A stretch of 64,000 nucleotides of DNA from Escherichia coli (lineage in GTDB: Bacteria > Pseudomonadota > Gammaproteobacteria > Enterobacterales > Enterobacteriaceae). Of this stretch, positions 44,937 through 55,110 are shown piece by piece. Location: assembly GCF_044324785.1 (NCBI RefSeq), contig NZ_CP172127.1; one strand, 5' to 3'. A program made the position numbers and the translations under genes. A model generated the notes under the pieces. That model worked only from the letters and a program-made list of their open reading frames with translations. It did not search any database and was not told where the DNA came from. How positions within the stretch are numbered: position 1 is the stretch's first letter; each line of letters begins with the position of its first letter.

Positions 44937-46609
44937 TCCTGCTACTTTGCAGCACTTCCGTTTTTGCCGGATTATTCGACGCGCCGGGACGTTCACAATT
45001 TGTCCCCGCGGATCAAGCCTTTGCTTTTGATTTTCAGCAAAACCAACATGACCTGAATCTGACCTGGCAGATCAAAGACGGTTACTACCTCTACCGTAAA
45101 CAGGTCCGCATTACGCCGGAACACGCGAAAATTGCCGACGTGCAGCTGCCGCAAGGCGTCTGGCATGAAGATGAGTTTTACGGCAAAAGCGAGATTTACC
45201 GCGATCGGCTGACGCTTCCCATAACCATCAACCAGGCGAGTGCGGGAGCGACGTTAACTGTCACCTACCAGGGCTGTGCTGATGCCGGTTTCTGTTATCC
45301 GCCAGAAACCAAAACCGTTCCGTTAAGCGAAGTGGTCGCCAACAACGCAGCGTCACAGCCTGTGTCTGTTCCGCAGCAAGAGCAGCCCTCCGCGCAATTG
45401 CCCTTTTCCGCGCTCTGGGCGTTGTTGATCGGTATTGGTATCGCCTTTACGCCATGCGTGCTGCCAATGTACCCACTGATTTCTGGCATCGTGCTGGGCG
45501 GTAAACAGCGGCTTTCCACTGCCAGAGCATTGTTGCTGACCTTTATTTATGTGCAGGGGATGGCGCTGACTTACACGGCACTGGGTCTGGTGGTTGCTGC
45601 CGCAGGGTTACAGTTCCAGGCGGCGCTACAGCACCCATACGTGCTCATTGGCCTCGCTATCGTCTTTACCTTGCTGGCGATGTCAATGTTTGGCTTGTTT
45701 ACTCTGCAACTCCCCTCTTCGCTGCAAACACGTCTCACGCTGATGAGCAATCGCCAACAGGGCGGCTCACCTGGCGGTGTGTTTGTTATGGGGGCGATTG
45801 CCGGACTGATCTGTTCACCATGCACCACCGCACCGCTTAGCGCGATTCTGCTGTATATCGCCCAAAGCGGGAACATGTGGCTGGGCGGCGGCACGCTTTA
45901 TCTCTATGCGTTGGGCATGGGCCTGCCGCTGATGCTAATAACCGTCTTTGGTAACCGCCTGCTGCCGAAAAGCGGCCCGTGGATGGAACAAGTCAAAACC
46001 GCGTTTGGTTTTGTGATCCTCGCATTGCCGGTCTTCCTGCTGGAGCGAGTGATTGGTGATATATGGGGATTACGCTTGTGGTCGGCGCTTGGTGTCGCAT
46101 TCTTTGGCTGGGCCTTTATCACCAGCCTACAGGCCAAACGCGACTGGATGCGCGTGGTGCAAATAATCCTGCTGGCAGCGGCATTGGTTAGCGTGCGCCC
46201 ACTTCAGGATTGGGCATTTGGTGCGACGCATACCGCGCAAACTCAGACGCATCTCAACTTTACACAAATCAAAACGGTAGATGAGTTAAATCAGGCGCTC
46301 GTTGAAGCCAAAGGCAAACCAGTGATGTTAGATCTCTATGCCGACTGGTGCGTCGCCTGTAAAGAGTTTGAGAAATACACCTTCAGCGACCCGCAGGTGC
46401 AAAAAGCGTTAGCAGACACGGTATTACTTCAGGCCAACGTCACTGCCAACGACGCACAAGATGTGGCGCTGTTAAAGCATCTTAATGTCCTTGGCCTACC
46501 GACAATTCTCTTTTTTGACGGACAAGGCCAGGAGCATCCACAAGCACGCGTCACGGGCTTTATGGATGCTGAAACCTTCAGCGCACATTTGCGCGATCGC
46601 CAACCGTGA
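44912..46609 (+). CDS. dsbD: Thiol:disulfide interchange protein DsbD
   Basis: Start [19 protein letters not shown]; central TM domain and C-terminal thioredoxin-like domain with CVAC motif; overlaps the cutA 3' end. Confidence 0.92.
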
Positions 46610-46645
46610 ACGACACTTGCAGTGGGAAAGACGGAGGAAAATAGC

Positions 46646-47221
46646 GTGCAACGTGAAGATGTACTGGGAGAAGCCCTGAAATTATTAGAATTACAAGGGA
46701 TTGCCAACACCACGCTGGAGATGGTTGCTGAACGTGTGGATTATCCACTGGACGAGCTACGCCGCTTCTGGCCAGACAAAGAGGCAATCCTCTACGATGC
46801 GCTGCGTTATCTTAGCCAACAGATAGATGTCTGGCGTCGTCAGCTGATGCTGGACGAAACGCAAACCGCCGAACAAAAGCTGCTGGCACGTTATCAGGCG
46901 TTATCGGAGTGCGTTAAAAACAACCGCTATCCGGGCTGTCTGTTTATCGCTGCCTGTACGTTTTATCCCGATCCTGGCCACCCTATTCATCAACTGGCCG
47001 ATCAGCAAAAAAGCGCGGCCTACGATTTCACCCACGAACTGTTAACCACACTGGAAGTTGACGATCCGGCGATGGTAGCAAAGCAGATGGAACTGGTGCT
47101 GGAAGGCTGTTTAAGCCGAATGCTGGTGAATCGTAGCCAGGCGGATGTCGACACCGCACATCGGCTGGCAGAAGATATCCTGCGCTTCGCCCGCTGCCGC
47201 CAGGGTGGCGCACTGACCTGA
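46646..47221 (+). CDS. yjdC: TetR-family regulator YjdC
   Basis: TetR-type HTH N-terminus; start inferred at a non-ATG codon ([30 protein letters not shown]). Confidence 0.75.
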
Positions 47222-47327
47222 CAGAAACACAGAAAAGAAGCGATTTGCCGCAATCTTAAGCAGTTGAATCGCTTTTACTGAAATTAGGTTGACGAGATGT
47301 GCATATTACGGTTTAATGCGCCCCGTT

Positions 47328-47403
47328 GCCCGGATAGCTCAGTCGGTAGAGCAGGGGATTGAAAATCCCCGTGTCCTTGGTTCGATTCCGAGTCCGGGCA
47401 CCA
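47328..47403 (+). tRNA. pheU: tRNA-Phe (GAA)
   Basis: gcccggatagctcagtcggtagagcaggggattgaaaatccccgtgtccttggttcgattccgagtccgggcacca, 76 nt with GAA anticodon; promoter-like ttgacg/tttaat upstream. Confidence 0.92.
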
Positions 47404-47579
47404 CTTTCACTTCCAGATTCATCTCCCGAACTCCACGAAACTCAAGTATAATCACATCGTTACAAGCAATCTGAACATCCTGAACTCCACCGAACTCTAC
47501 TGAACTCTCTCTCAATCAAGCGTTCATTGGGGGCACCGGTGGGGGCTCATTGTGTTCAGTCAGTTTCAGGAGCCCCCAT

Positions 47580-48764
47580 ATGGCACTTACAGCCAGACAG
47601 GTCGAAACAGCCAGACCTAAAGAAAAAGACTATAAACTCTCTGACGAACGTGGTTTATATCTGCTGGTAAAAACCACGGGTGCCCGCTACTGGCGGCTTA
47701 AATACCGGATAGCAGGAAAAGAGAAAAAACTGGCCCTCGGCGTCTATCCCGACGTCTCCCTTGCTGAAGCCAGAATCAAACGCGACGATGCCCGAAAAAT
47801 TATCTCCGAAGGTGGCGACCCGGGCGAAAAGAAGCGAAAGGAAAAACTCACTCAGAAAATCTCTGCCACCAATACGTTCCATGCCCTTGCTACGGAATGG
47901 CATCAGCATAAATCTTTGTCATGGTCTGAAAGTTACGCCAGAAGCGTACTGGAGGCTCTGGATAAAGATATTTTCCCGTATCTGGGCAAACGAAGCGTTA
48001 CTGATATCCTCCCGCTGGAAATGCTGGAAATTCTGCGCCGCATAGAAAAACGTGGCTCGCTGGAAAAACTTCGTAAGGTGCGTCAATACTGTAATCAGAT
48101 TTTTCGTTATGCCATCGCCACCGGACGAGCCACTGTCAATCCGGCATCTGAACTGACCAGTACGCTGGCGGCGCCAAAAGCTGCACATTTCCCCCACCTG
48201 AGAGCAGATGAGCTCCCTGTTTTTCTCCGGAAGCTCGCTGAATATCATGGCAGTCCTGTTACCCGCATGGCGACAAATCTGCTGCTTCTGACAGGCCTCA
48301 GAACGATTGAACTACGGTCCGCTGAATGGTCAGAAATTGATTTTGATAATGCCCTGTGGACAATCCCTGAAAGCCGCATGAAAATGCGACGTAAACATGT
48401 CGTACCACTGTCACGACAGGCCACTGACATTCTGCTGCAGCTCAAAACTTTCTCCGGACAATACCGGCTGGTTTTCCCGGGACGTTGTGATATCAACAAG
48501 CCAATGAGCGAAGCCAGCATCAATATGGTGCTCAAACGTATCGGTTACGATGGCAGGGCAACCGGTCATGGTTTTCGTCACACCATGAGTACCATTCTGC
48601 ACGAACAGGGCTTTAATTCTGCCTGGATTGAAATGCAGTTAGCTCATGTGGATAAAAATTCCATCAGGGGTACCTATAATCATGCCCTGTATCTCGATGG
48701 TCGCCGTGAAATGATGCAATGGTACGCTGACTACATTGATTCACTTTCCATCCAGGAGAGTTAA
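47580..48764 (+). CDS. P4-type tyrosine integrase adjacent to tRNA-Phe
   Basis: Start MALTARQVETARPKEKDYKLSDERGLYLLV with SD caggag upstream; catalytic R...HxxR...Y residues (HGFRHT, RGTYNHALY); N-terminal arm-binding-type domain. Confidence 0.88.
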   Translation: MALTARQVETARPKEKDYKLSDERGLYLLVKTTGARYWRLKYRIAGKEKKLALGVYPDVSLAEARIKRDDARKIISEGGDPGEKKRKEKLTQKISATNTFHALATEWHQHKSLSWSESYARSVLEALDKDIFPYLGKRSVTDILPLEMLEILRRIEKRGSLEKLRKVRQYCNQIFRYAIATGRATVNPASELTSTLAAPKAAHFPHLRADELPVFLRKLAEYHGSPVTRMATNLLLLTGLRTIELRSAEWSEIDFDNALWTIPESRMKMRRKHVVPLSRQATDILLQLKTFSGQYRLVFPGRCDINKPMSEASINMVLKRIGYDGRATGHGFRHTMSTILHEQGFNSAWIEMQLAHVDKNSIRGTYNHALYLDGRREMMQWYADYIDSLSIQES

Positions 48765-48849
48765 TTACACTTTGTCCTGAAATTATTCTCACAATCAATA
48801 ACCTTTCCCTCTGATCTTACAGATCAGAGGGATTCCGTTAACTTACAAT

Positions 48850-48889
48850 AAGTGATATTGGTTGTCTGGAGATTTAGGGGGACGGTCTA
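48850..48889. repeat. Solo IS2 left-end-like terminal repeat upstream of rafR
   Basis: aagtgatattggttgtctggagatttagggggacggtcta is near-identical to the terminal repeat of the complete IS2 at 58363-58402, in the same orientation. Confidence 0.5.
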
Positions 48890-48913
48890 CTATAATAATT
48901 AGCAGGAGATAAT

Positions 48914-49924
48914 ATGTCACTTAAGGCGATTGCCACTGCACTCGGAGTTTCTGTCACCACTGTCAGTCGGGCTCTTGGAGGCTATGCAGATGTGTCAGCT
49001 TCCACCCGTGCACGGGTGGAAGCTGAAGCTCGTCGACGCGGTTACCGTCCTAATACTCAGGCAAGAAGACTCAAAACCGGTAAAACCGATGCTGTCGGTC
49101 TGGTTTATCCTGGACGTGATGTGCCATTTAACAGTGGTGTTTTTATGGATATGGTCAGTTGCATCAGCCGGGAACTTGCTCACCATGATATTGACTTACT
49201 ACTGATAGCTGATGATGAGCATGCCGATTGCCACAGCTATATGCGGCTTGTTGAAAGTCGCAGGGTTGATGCTCTCATCATTGCACACACTCTGGATGAC
49301 GATCCCCGTATCACACACCTTCATAAAGCAGGTATTCCATTTCTGGCTCTTGGTCGGGTACCATCTGGTCTGCCCTGTGCGTGGTTTGACTTTGATAATC
49401 ATGCCGGGACTGGACAGGCAACCCAGAAACTGATTGCTTTGGGACATAAACGTATTGCATTGTTGAGTGAAGACACTTCACATAGCTATGTTGTTGCAAG
49501 ACGTCAGGGATGGCTTGATGCACTGAATGAGCATGAACTGGAAGATACATGGCTGCGGCTGGTTTCTCCCACACGGCGAGCAGGATATCAGGCCGTGATG
49601 GAGTTAATGTCACTACCGATACCACCAACAGCTATTATTACTGACAATGACCTGAGTGGAGATGGTGCTGCCATGGCACTGCAGTTGAGCGGTCGTCTTT
49701 CAGGAAAAGATGCGGTATCTCTGGTTGTATATGATGGTTTGCCACAGGACAGTATTATTGAGCTGGATGTGGCTGCAGTTATTCAGTCAACACGAAGCCT
49801 CGTTGGTCGCCAGATTTCCGAGATGATATATCAGATAATTACTGATTCATCATCAAAACCACTACAGGTTGTCTGGAACCCGGTATTTTATCCGGGAAAG
49901 ACGATTCATCCTCCTTGCTCCTGA
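48914..49924 (+). CDS. rafR: LacI-family raffinose operon repressor RafR
   Basis: N-terminal HTH (MSLKAIATALGVSVTTVSRALGG) plus periplasmic-binding-protein-like sugar domain; 336 aa; precedes rafA. Confidence 0.8.
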   Translation: MSLKAIATALGVSVTTVSRALGGYADVSASTRARVEAEARRRGYRPNTQARRLKTGKTDAVGLVYPGRDVPFNSGVFMDMVSCISRELAHHDIDLLLIADDEHADCHSYMRLVESRRVDALIIAHTLDDDPRITHLHKAGIPFLALGRVPSGLPCAWFDFDNHAGTGQATQKLIALGHKRIALLSEDTSHSYVVARRQGWLDALNEHELEDTWLRLVSPTRRAGYQAVMELMSLPIPPTAIITDNDLSGDGAAMALQLSGRLSGKDAVSLVVYDGLPQDSIIELDVAAVIQSTRSLVGRQISEMIYQIITDSSSKPLQVVWNPVFYPGKTIHPPCS

Positions 49925-49945
49925 TTTTTTTATCCAGCTCACATA

Positions 49946-49981
49946 TCCGAAACGTTTTGGTTGATACCCGAAACGTTTCGG
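49946..49981 (+). promoter_or_regulatory. Putative RafR operator pair flanking the rafA -35 box
   Basis: Near-palindrome tccgaaacgttttgg, then ttgata (-35-like), then the perfect palindrome ccgaaacgtttcgg, all in the rafR-rafA intergenic region. Confidence 0.55.
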
Positions 49982-50019
49982 ATCAACAGTAAGGCATCCC
50001 TGAGAAAGGAGAATGTCTT

Positions 50020-52146
50020 ATGGTTTCAAAGTACTGCAGACTGAGCAGTCCTCGCTCTGATTTAATTATTAAAACCCGTCCACATGCAGAAATTATCTGG
50101 TGGGGCTCTGCACTGAAACATTTCTCACCGGATGACTGTGCCAGCCTGGAAAGACCGGTTGCGAATGGTCGTCTGGATATTGATACGCCACTAACACTGA
50201 TGGCTGAAAATGCCCTGGGACTTTTTAGCTCTCCGGGACTGGAAGGACACAGGAATGGGCTGGATGCATCTCCTGTTTTTTATACAGTTGACGTGGAACA
50301 TACCGAAAACACTCTGAGACTTACCAGTGAAGATTCGGTAGCCGGCCTGCGTCTGGTCAGCGAGCTGGTGATGACGCCATCAGGAATTCTGAAAGTTCGT
50401 CATGCACTGACCAACCTCAGAGAGGGGGACTGGCAGATAAATCGTTTCGCCATCACTTTACCTTTAGCGGAACGTGCGGAAGAAGTCATGGCTTTTCACG
50501 GACGCTGGACTCGTGAATTTCAGCCGCACAGGGTACGTCTCACTCATGATGCTTTTGTTCTGGAAAATCGCAGAGGGCGGACATCTCATGAGCATTTTCC
50601 GGCGCTGATTGTCGGCACGCCAGGCTTCTCGGAACAACAGGGAGAGGTGTGGGCTGTGCATCTGGGGTGGAGTGGAAATCACCGCATGAGATGTGAGGCA
50701 AAAACTGACGGCAGGCGTTACGTTCAGGCTGAGGCTCTGTGGATGCCGGGTGAGAAGGCTCTCAGGAAGAATGAAACCCTGTACACCCCGTGGCTATATG
50801 CCTGCCACTCTGCGGATGGCCTGAATGGAATGAGTCAGCAATACCATCGTTTTTTGCGTGATGAAATTATCCGTTTCCCTGAGCAAAAACCCCGCCCTGT
50901 ACATCTCAATACCTGGGAAGGTATTTATTTCAATCACAATCCTGATTACATCATGCAGATGGCTGAGCGTGCAGCAGCACTGGGCGTTGAACGTTTCATT
51001 ATTGATGATGGCTGGTTTAAAGGACGTAACGATGACCGCGCGGCTCTGGGCGACTGGTATACCGATGAACAGAAATACCCGAACGGGCTGATGCCGGTTA
51101 TTAAACATGTGAAATCTCTCGGTATGGAATTTGGCATATGGGTTGAGCCGGAAATGATTAACCCGGATTCTGACCTGTTTCGTCTTCATCCTGACTGGGT
51201 ATTGTCAATGCCTGGATATTCCCAGCCAACCGGAAGATATCAGTATGTTCTTAACCTGAATATTCCAGAGGCCTTTGCTTACATTTATGAACGTTTCTTA
51301 TGGTTACTGGGAGAACATCCGGTTGATTATGTGAAATGGGACATGAATCGTGAGCTTGTACAGGCAGGGCATGAAGGCCGTGCGGCAGCAGATGCACAGA
51401 CCCGTCAGTTCTATCGATTGCTTGATCTCCTCCGTGAACGTTTTCCACATGTTGAGTTTGAGTCCTGTGCTTCCGGTGGGGGGCGTATTGACTTCGAAGT
51501 CCTGAAACGCACACACCGGTTCTGGGCATCTGACAATAATGATGCCCTGGAGCGCTGCACCATACAACGTGGCATGAGTTACTTTTTCCCTCCTGAGGTG
51601 ATGGGGGCGCATATTGGCCATCGCCGCTGCCATGCAACTTTCCGGCAGCACAGCATCGCTTTTCGTGGGCTGACGGCATTGTTCGGCCATATGGGGCTGG
51701 AGCTGGATCCGGTGGCCGCAGATGCGAAGGAATCTGACGGTTATCGCCGGTATGCCTTGCTCTATAAAGAATGGCGACAACTGATTCATACAGGAGTTCT
51801 CTGGCGTGTGGATATGCCAGATCCTTCGATACAGGTTCAGGGAGTCGTCAGCCCTGATCAGTCTCAGGCACTTTTTATGATCAGCCAGCTTGCAATGCCG
51901 GATTACACCTTACCAGGCATACTTCGTTTTCCCGGTCTGGCGGCGGAAGTGCGTTACCGGCTTCGGGTTATTGATCACCCGGACCTCCAGGTGGTTGGTG
52001 AAGGCGGTCATACCATGCGCAAATTACCTGTCTGGATGAATCAGAGCCTTGAGGCCAGTGGTGAATGGCTGGCACAGGGAGGGATTCAGCTCCCCGTACT
52101 GGATCCGGAGAGTGCGATTTTGATAGCACTTGAAAGAGCTGTGTGA
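50020..52146 (+). CDS. rafA: Alpha-galactosidase (GH36) RafA
   Basis: 708-aa ORF with GH36 architecture; SD aaaggag upstream; first gene of the rafABD cluster. Confidence 0.85.
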   Translation: MVSKYCRLSSPRSDLIIKTRPHAEIIWWGSALKHFSPDDCASLERPVANGRLDIDTPLTLMAENALGLFSSPGLEGHRNGLDASPVFYTVDVEHTENTLRLTSEDSVAGLRLVSELVMTPSGILKVRHALTNLREGDWQINRFAITLPLAERAEEVMAFHGRWTREFQPHRVRLTHDAFVLENRRGRTSHEHFPALIVGTPGFSEQQGEVWAVHLGWSGNHRMRCEAKTDGRRYVQAEALWMPGEKALRKNETLYTPWLYACHSADGLNGMSQQYHRFLRDEIIRFPEQKPRPVHLNTWEGIYFNHNPDYIMQMAERAAALGVERFIIDDGWFKGRNDDRAALGDWYTDEQKYPNGLMPVIKHVKSLGMEFGIWVEPEMINPDSDLFRLHPDWVLSMPGYSQPTGRYQYVLNLNIPEAFAYIYERFLWLLGEHPVDYVKWDMNRELVQAGHEGRAAADAQTRQFYRLLDLLRERFPHVEFESCASGGGRIDFEVLKRTHRFWASDNNDALERCTIQRGMSYFFPPEVMGAHIGHRRCHATFRQHSIAFRGLTALFGHMGLELDPVAADAKESDGYRRYALLYKEWRQLIHTGVLWRVDMPDPSIQVQGVVSPDQSQALFMISQLAMPDYTLPGILRFPGLAAEVRYRLRVIDHPDLQVVGEGGHTMRKLPVWMNQSLEASGEWLAQGGIQLPVLDPESAILIALERAV

Positions 52147-52208
52147 AGAGAGGTACGGAGCCTCAGCTCCGTCCTGTTTCTCAATATTATCCCGTGAGGG
52201 TAAGAATA

Positions 52209-53486
52209 ATGAATTCTGCAAGTACGCATAAAAATCCCGATTTCTGGATTTTCGGTCTGTTCTTCTTTCTCTACTTTTTCATCATGGCAACCTGTTTTCC
52301 GTTTTTGCCTGTATGGCTGTCCGATGTGGTCGGACTGAGTAAAACGGATACAGGTATAGTCTTTTCATGTCTTTCTCTGTTTGCCATCAGTTTCCAGCCA
52401 TTGCTTGGGGTCATATCAGATCGCCTGGGACTGAAAAAAAACCTGATCTGGAGTATCAGCCTGTTACTTGTATTTTTCGCCCCCTTTTTTTTATATGTAT
52501 TTGCGCCCCTGCTGCGCTTCAATATCTGGGCAGGCGCACTGACTGGCGGTGTCTTTATTGGTTTTGTGTTTTCTGCAGGTGCCGGAGCTATTGAAGCTTA
52601 TATAGAGCGGGTCAGTCGCAGTCGTGGATTTGAATACGGTAAAGCGAGGATGTTCGGGTGTCTGGGCTGGGCGTTATGTGCGGCTATGGCTGGAATGCTT
52701 TTTAATGTCGATCCTTCTCTGGTTTTCTGGATGGGGTCAGTAAGCGCATTATTGTTGCTTCTTCTGTTGTTTCTGGCGCGCCCCAGTACCAGCCAGACGG
52801 CAATGGTTATGAATACACTGGGTGCCAATTCTTCCCTGATTTCGACCAGAATGGTCTTCAGCCTGTTTCGCATGCGTCAGATGTGGATGTTTGTTCTCTA
52901 CACGATTGGTGTGGCCTGTGTCTATGATGTATTTGATCAGCAGTTTGCCACATTTTTTCGTTCATTCTTTGACACTCCTCAGGCAGGAATAAAAGCATTC
53001 GGATTTGCTACCACTGCGGGGGAGATTTGTAATGCCATTATCATGTTCTGTACACCATGGATAATTCATCGCATTGGTGCCAAAAATACCCTGCTTGTTG
53101 CGGGGGGAATTATGACCATCCGCATTACCGGTTCTGCTTTTGCCACCACCGCGACAGAAGTGGTGATTCTGAAAATGCTTCACGCTCTTGAAGTTCCATT
53201 TTTGCTGGTTGGGGCGTTCAAATATATTACGGCAGTGTTTGACACCCGACTGTCAGCGACCGTTTATTTAATAGGTTTTCAGTTTTCCAAACAACTTGCT
53301 GCAATACTTCTCTCTACCTTTGCCGGCCACCTGTATGATCGTATGGGATTCCAGAATACGTATTTTGTGCTCGGGATGATTGCTCTGACTGTTACCGTGA
53401 TATCAGTTTTCACGCTGAGTTCTTCCCGCGGGAGCGTACACCCTTCTGTAGAAAAAGCCCCTGCAGCGCATTCGGAGATTAACTGA
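52209..53486 (+). CDS. rafB: Raffinose permease RafB (LacY-like MFS symporter)
   Basis: Start inferred at MNSASTHKNPDFWIFGLFFFLYFFIMATCFPFLPVWL (LacY-like N-terminus), about 425 aa with 12 TM segments. Confidence 0.85.
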   Translation: MNSASTHKNPDFWIFGLFFFLYFFIMATCFPFLPVWLSDVVGLSKTDTGIVFSCLSLFAISFQPLLGVISDRLGLKKNLIWSISLLLVFFAPFFLYVFAPLLRFNIWAGALTGGVFIGFVFSAGAGAIEAYIERVSRSRGFEYGKARMFGCLGWALCAAMAGMLFNVDPSLVFWMGSVSALLLLLLLFLARPSTSQTAMVMNTLGANSSLISTRMVFSLFRMRQMWMFVLYTIGVACVYDVFDQQFATFFRSFFDTPQAGIKAFGFATTAGEICNAIIMFCTPWIIHRIGAKNTLLVAGGIMTIRITGSAFATTATEVVILKMLHALEVPFLLVGAFKYITAVFDTRLSATVYLIGFQFSKQLAAILLSTFAGHLYDRMGFQNTYFVLGMIALTVTVISVFTLSSSRGSVHPSVEKAPAAHSEIN

Positions 53487-54916
53487 TGAAACAGCGTCTT
53501 GCTTTGGCACAGTCTGCCCTTGAAAAACTTTGCGCACGTCGTGGTAATGCCTGGTACCCGATTTTTCATCTGGCTCCACCTGCCGGCTGGATGAATGATC
53601 CAAATGGCCTTATTTACTTCAATGGGCGTTACCATGCGTTCTTCCAGCATCATCCTGCAAGCGCATATCAGGGGCCAATGCACTGGGGGCATGCCACCAG
53701 TACCGACATGTTGCACTGGCAACACGAACCTGTCGCGCTGGCACCCGGAGATAAATATGATCGTGATGGCTGTTTTTCAGGGAGTGCCGTGGATGATGAT
53801 GGCGTGCTATCACTTATTTATACTGGTCATATTTGTCTCGATGATCGTGGTAATGACAGCATTATCCGTGAAGTACAGTGTCTGGCTACAAGTCATGATG
53901 GTATTCACTTTGAGAAGCAGGGCTGTGTGCTGACACCTCCGGAAGGTATAATGCATTTCCGTGATCCCAAAGTCTGGCACGAAGACGGCTCCTGGTGGAT
54001 GGTCATTGGTGCCCGGGACGCTTCTGACAATGGGCAAGTTCTGTTGTATCGCGGGACATCTTTGCGGGACTGGCATCTGGAGCATGTTCTTGCTCATTCC
54101 GCAGCCGGAAAAAGTTATATGTGGGAATGCCCCGATTTCTTCAGGTGTGGTAATTTTCACTGGCTGATGTTCTCACCACAGGGGATGCCCCCTTCCGGTT
54201 ATCGGTTCCGTAACCTTTTTCAGAGCGGTGTGTTGGCAGGGAGCTGGAAGCCTGGTTCTGTCTTTGCGCTGAAAGGGGGATTTGAAGAGCTGGATTATGG
54301 TCATGACTTTTATGCTCCACAGTCCATGCTGGCTGAGGACGGCAGGCGTATCATTATGGCATGGATGAATATGTGGGATTCACCCGTGCCCACCCGCAGT
54401 GAAGCCTGGGCAGGATGTCTGACGCTGCCCAGAGAGGTTTTTGAGCGCGATGGCCGGCTGTGCCAGCGACCTGTGCGTGAAGTCGAATCTCTGCGCAAAA
54501 AATGCCAGCCATTATCCCCTGTAAGGTTACAGGGTTTGCAATTACTGACCGAAAATGTACAGGCCGCAGAATTATTGGTGACGTGGCATACGGTTGACAG
54601 TCATGCGGAGCACTATGGCGTCCGCCTTGGAGACGGTCTGCGACTTTATGTGGATAATCAGGCCGGGCGACTGGTACTGTGGCGCTATTACCCTGAGGAA
54701 GGGTTGGATGGTTACCGCAGTGTTGAACTTCCTGATACAGAATATCTGACTCTTCGTATTTTCTTGGATCGTTCATCTGTTGAAGTGTTTGTTAACGATG
54801 GTGAGGCAACCTTATCAAGTCGTATTTATCCGCAAGCGGACTCGAGACAATTATCGTTATATGCCGCTCATGGCGATGCGATATTAACTGATGGCACTTT
54901 ATGGATGCTGACCTGA
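53486..54916 (+). CDS. rafD: Sucrose-6-phosphate hydrolase/invertase (GH32) RafD
   Basis: GH32 signature WMNDPNG plus the RDP and EC motifs; start overlaps the rafB stop (TGATG). Confidence 0.85.
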   Translation: MKQRLALAQSALEKLCARRGNAWYPIFHLAPPAGWMNDPNGLIYFNGRYHAFFQHHPASAYQGPMHWGHATSTDMLHWQHEPVALAPGDKYDRDGCFSGSAVDDDGVLSLIYTGHICLDDRGNDSIIREVQCLATSHDGIHFEKQGCVLTPPEGIMHFRDPKVWHEDGSWWMVIGARDASDNGQVLLYRGTSLRDWHLEHVLAHSAAGKSYMWECPDFFRCGNFHWLMFSPQGMPPSGYRFRNLFQSGVLAGSWKPGSVFALKGGFEELDYGHDFYAPQSMLAEDGRRIIMAWMNMWDSPVPTRSEAWAGCLTLPREVFERDGRLCQRPVREVESLRKKCQPLSPVRLQGLQLLTENVQAAELLVTWHTVDSHAEHYGVRLGDGLRLYVDNQAGRLVLWRYYPEEGLDGYRSVELPDTEYLTLRIFLDRSSVEVFVNDGEATLSSRIYPQADSRQLSLYAAHGDAILTDGTLWMLT

Positions 54917-55110
54917 GACATATCGATATCAGTATTTTTTCTGACATTATCTGTCATTACTTTGCCAGTACACATTAATTATCTTTGCTGTGTGCTTTTG
55001 GTAATGTGTTGCGATTATATATACCAGTCTGGTGAAGAATATGAATGGTATTTTGTGTTGATACAGAGAATATAAGAGTACCCACATTTGTTTTTATTTA
55101 AGGGGGTAAA

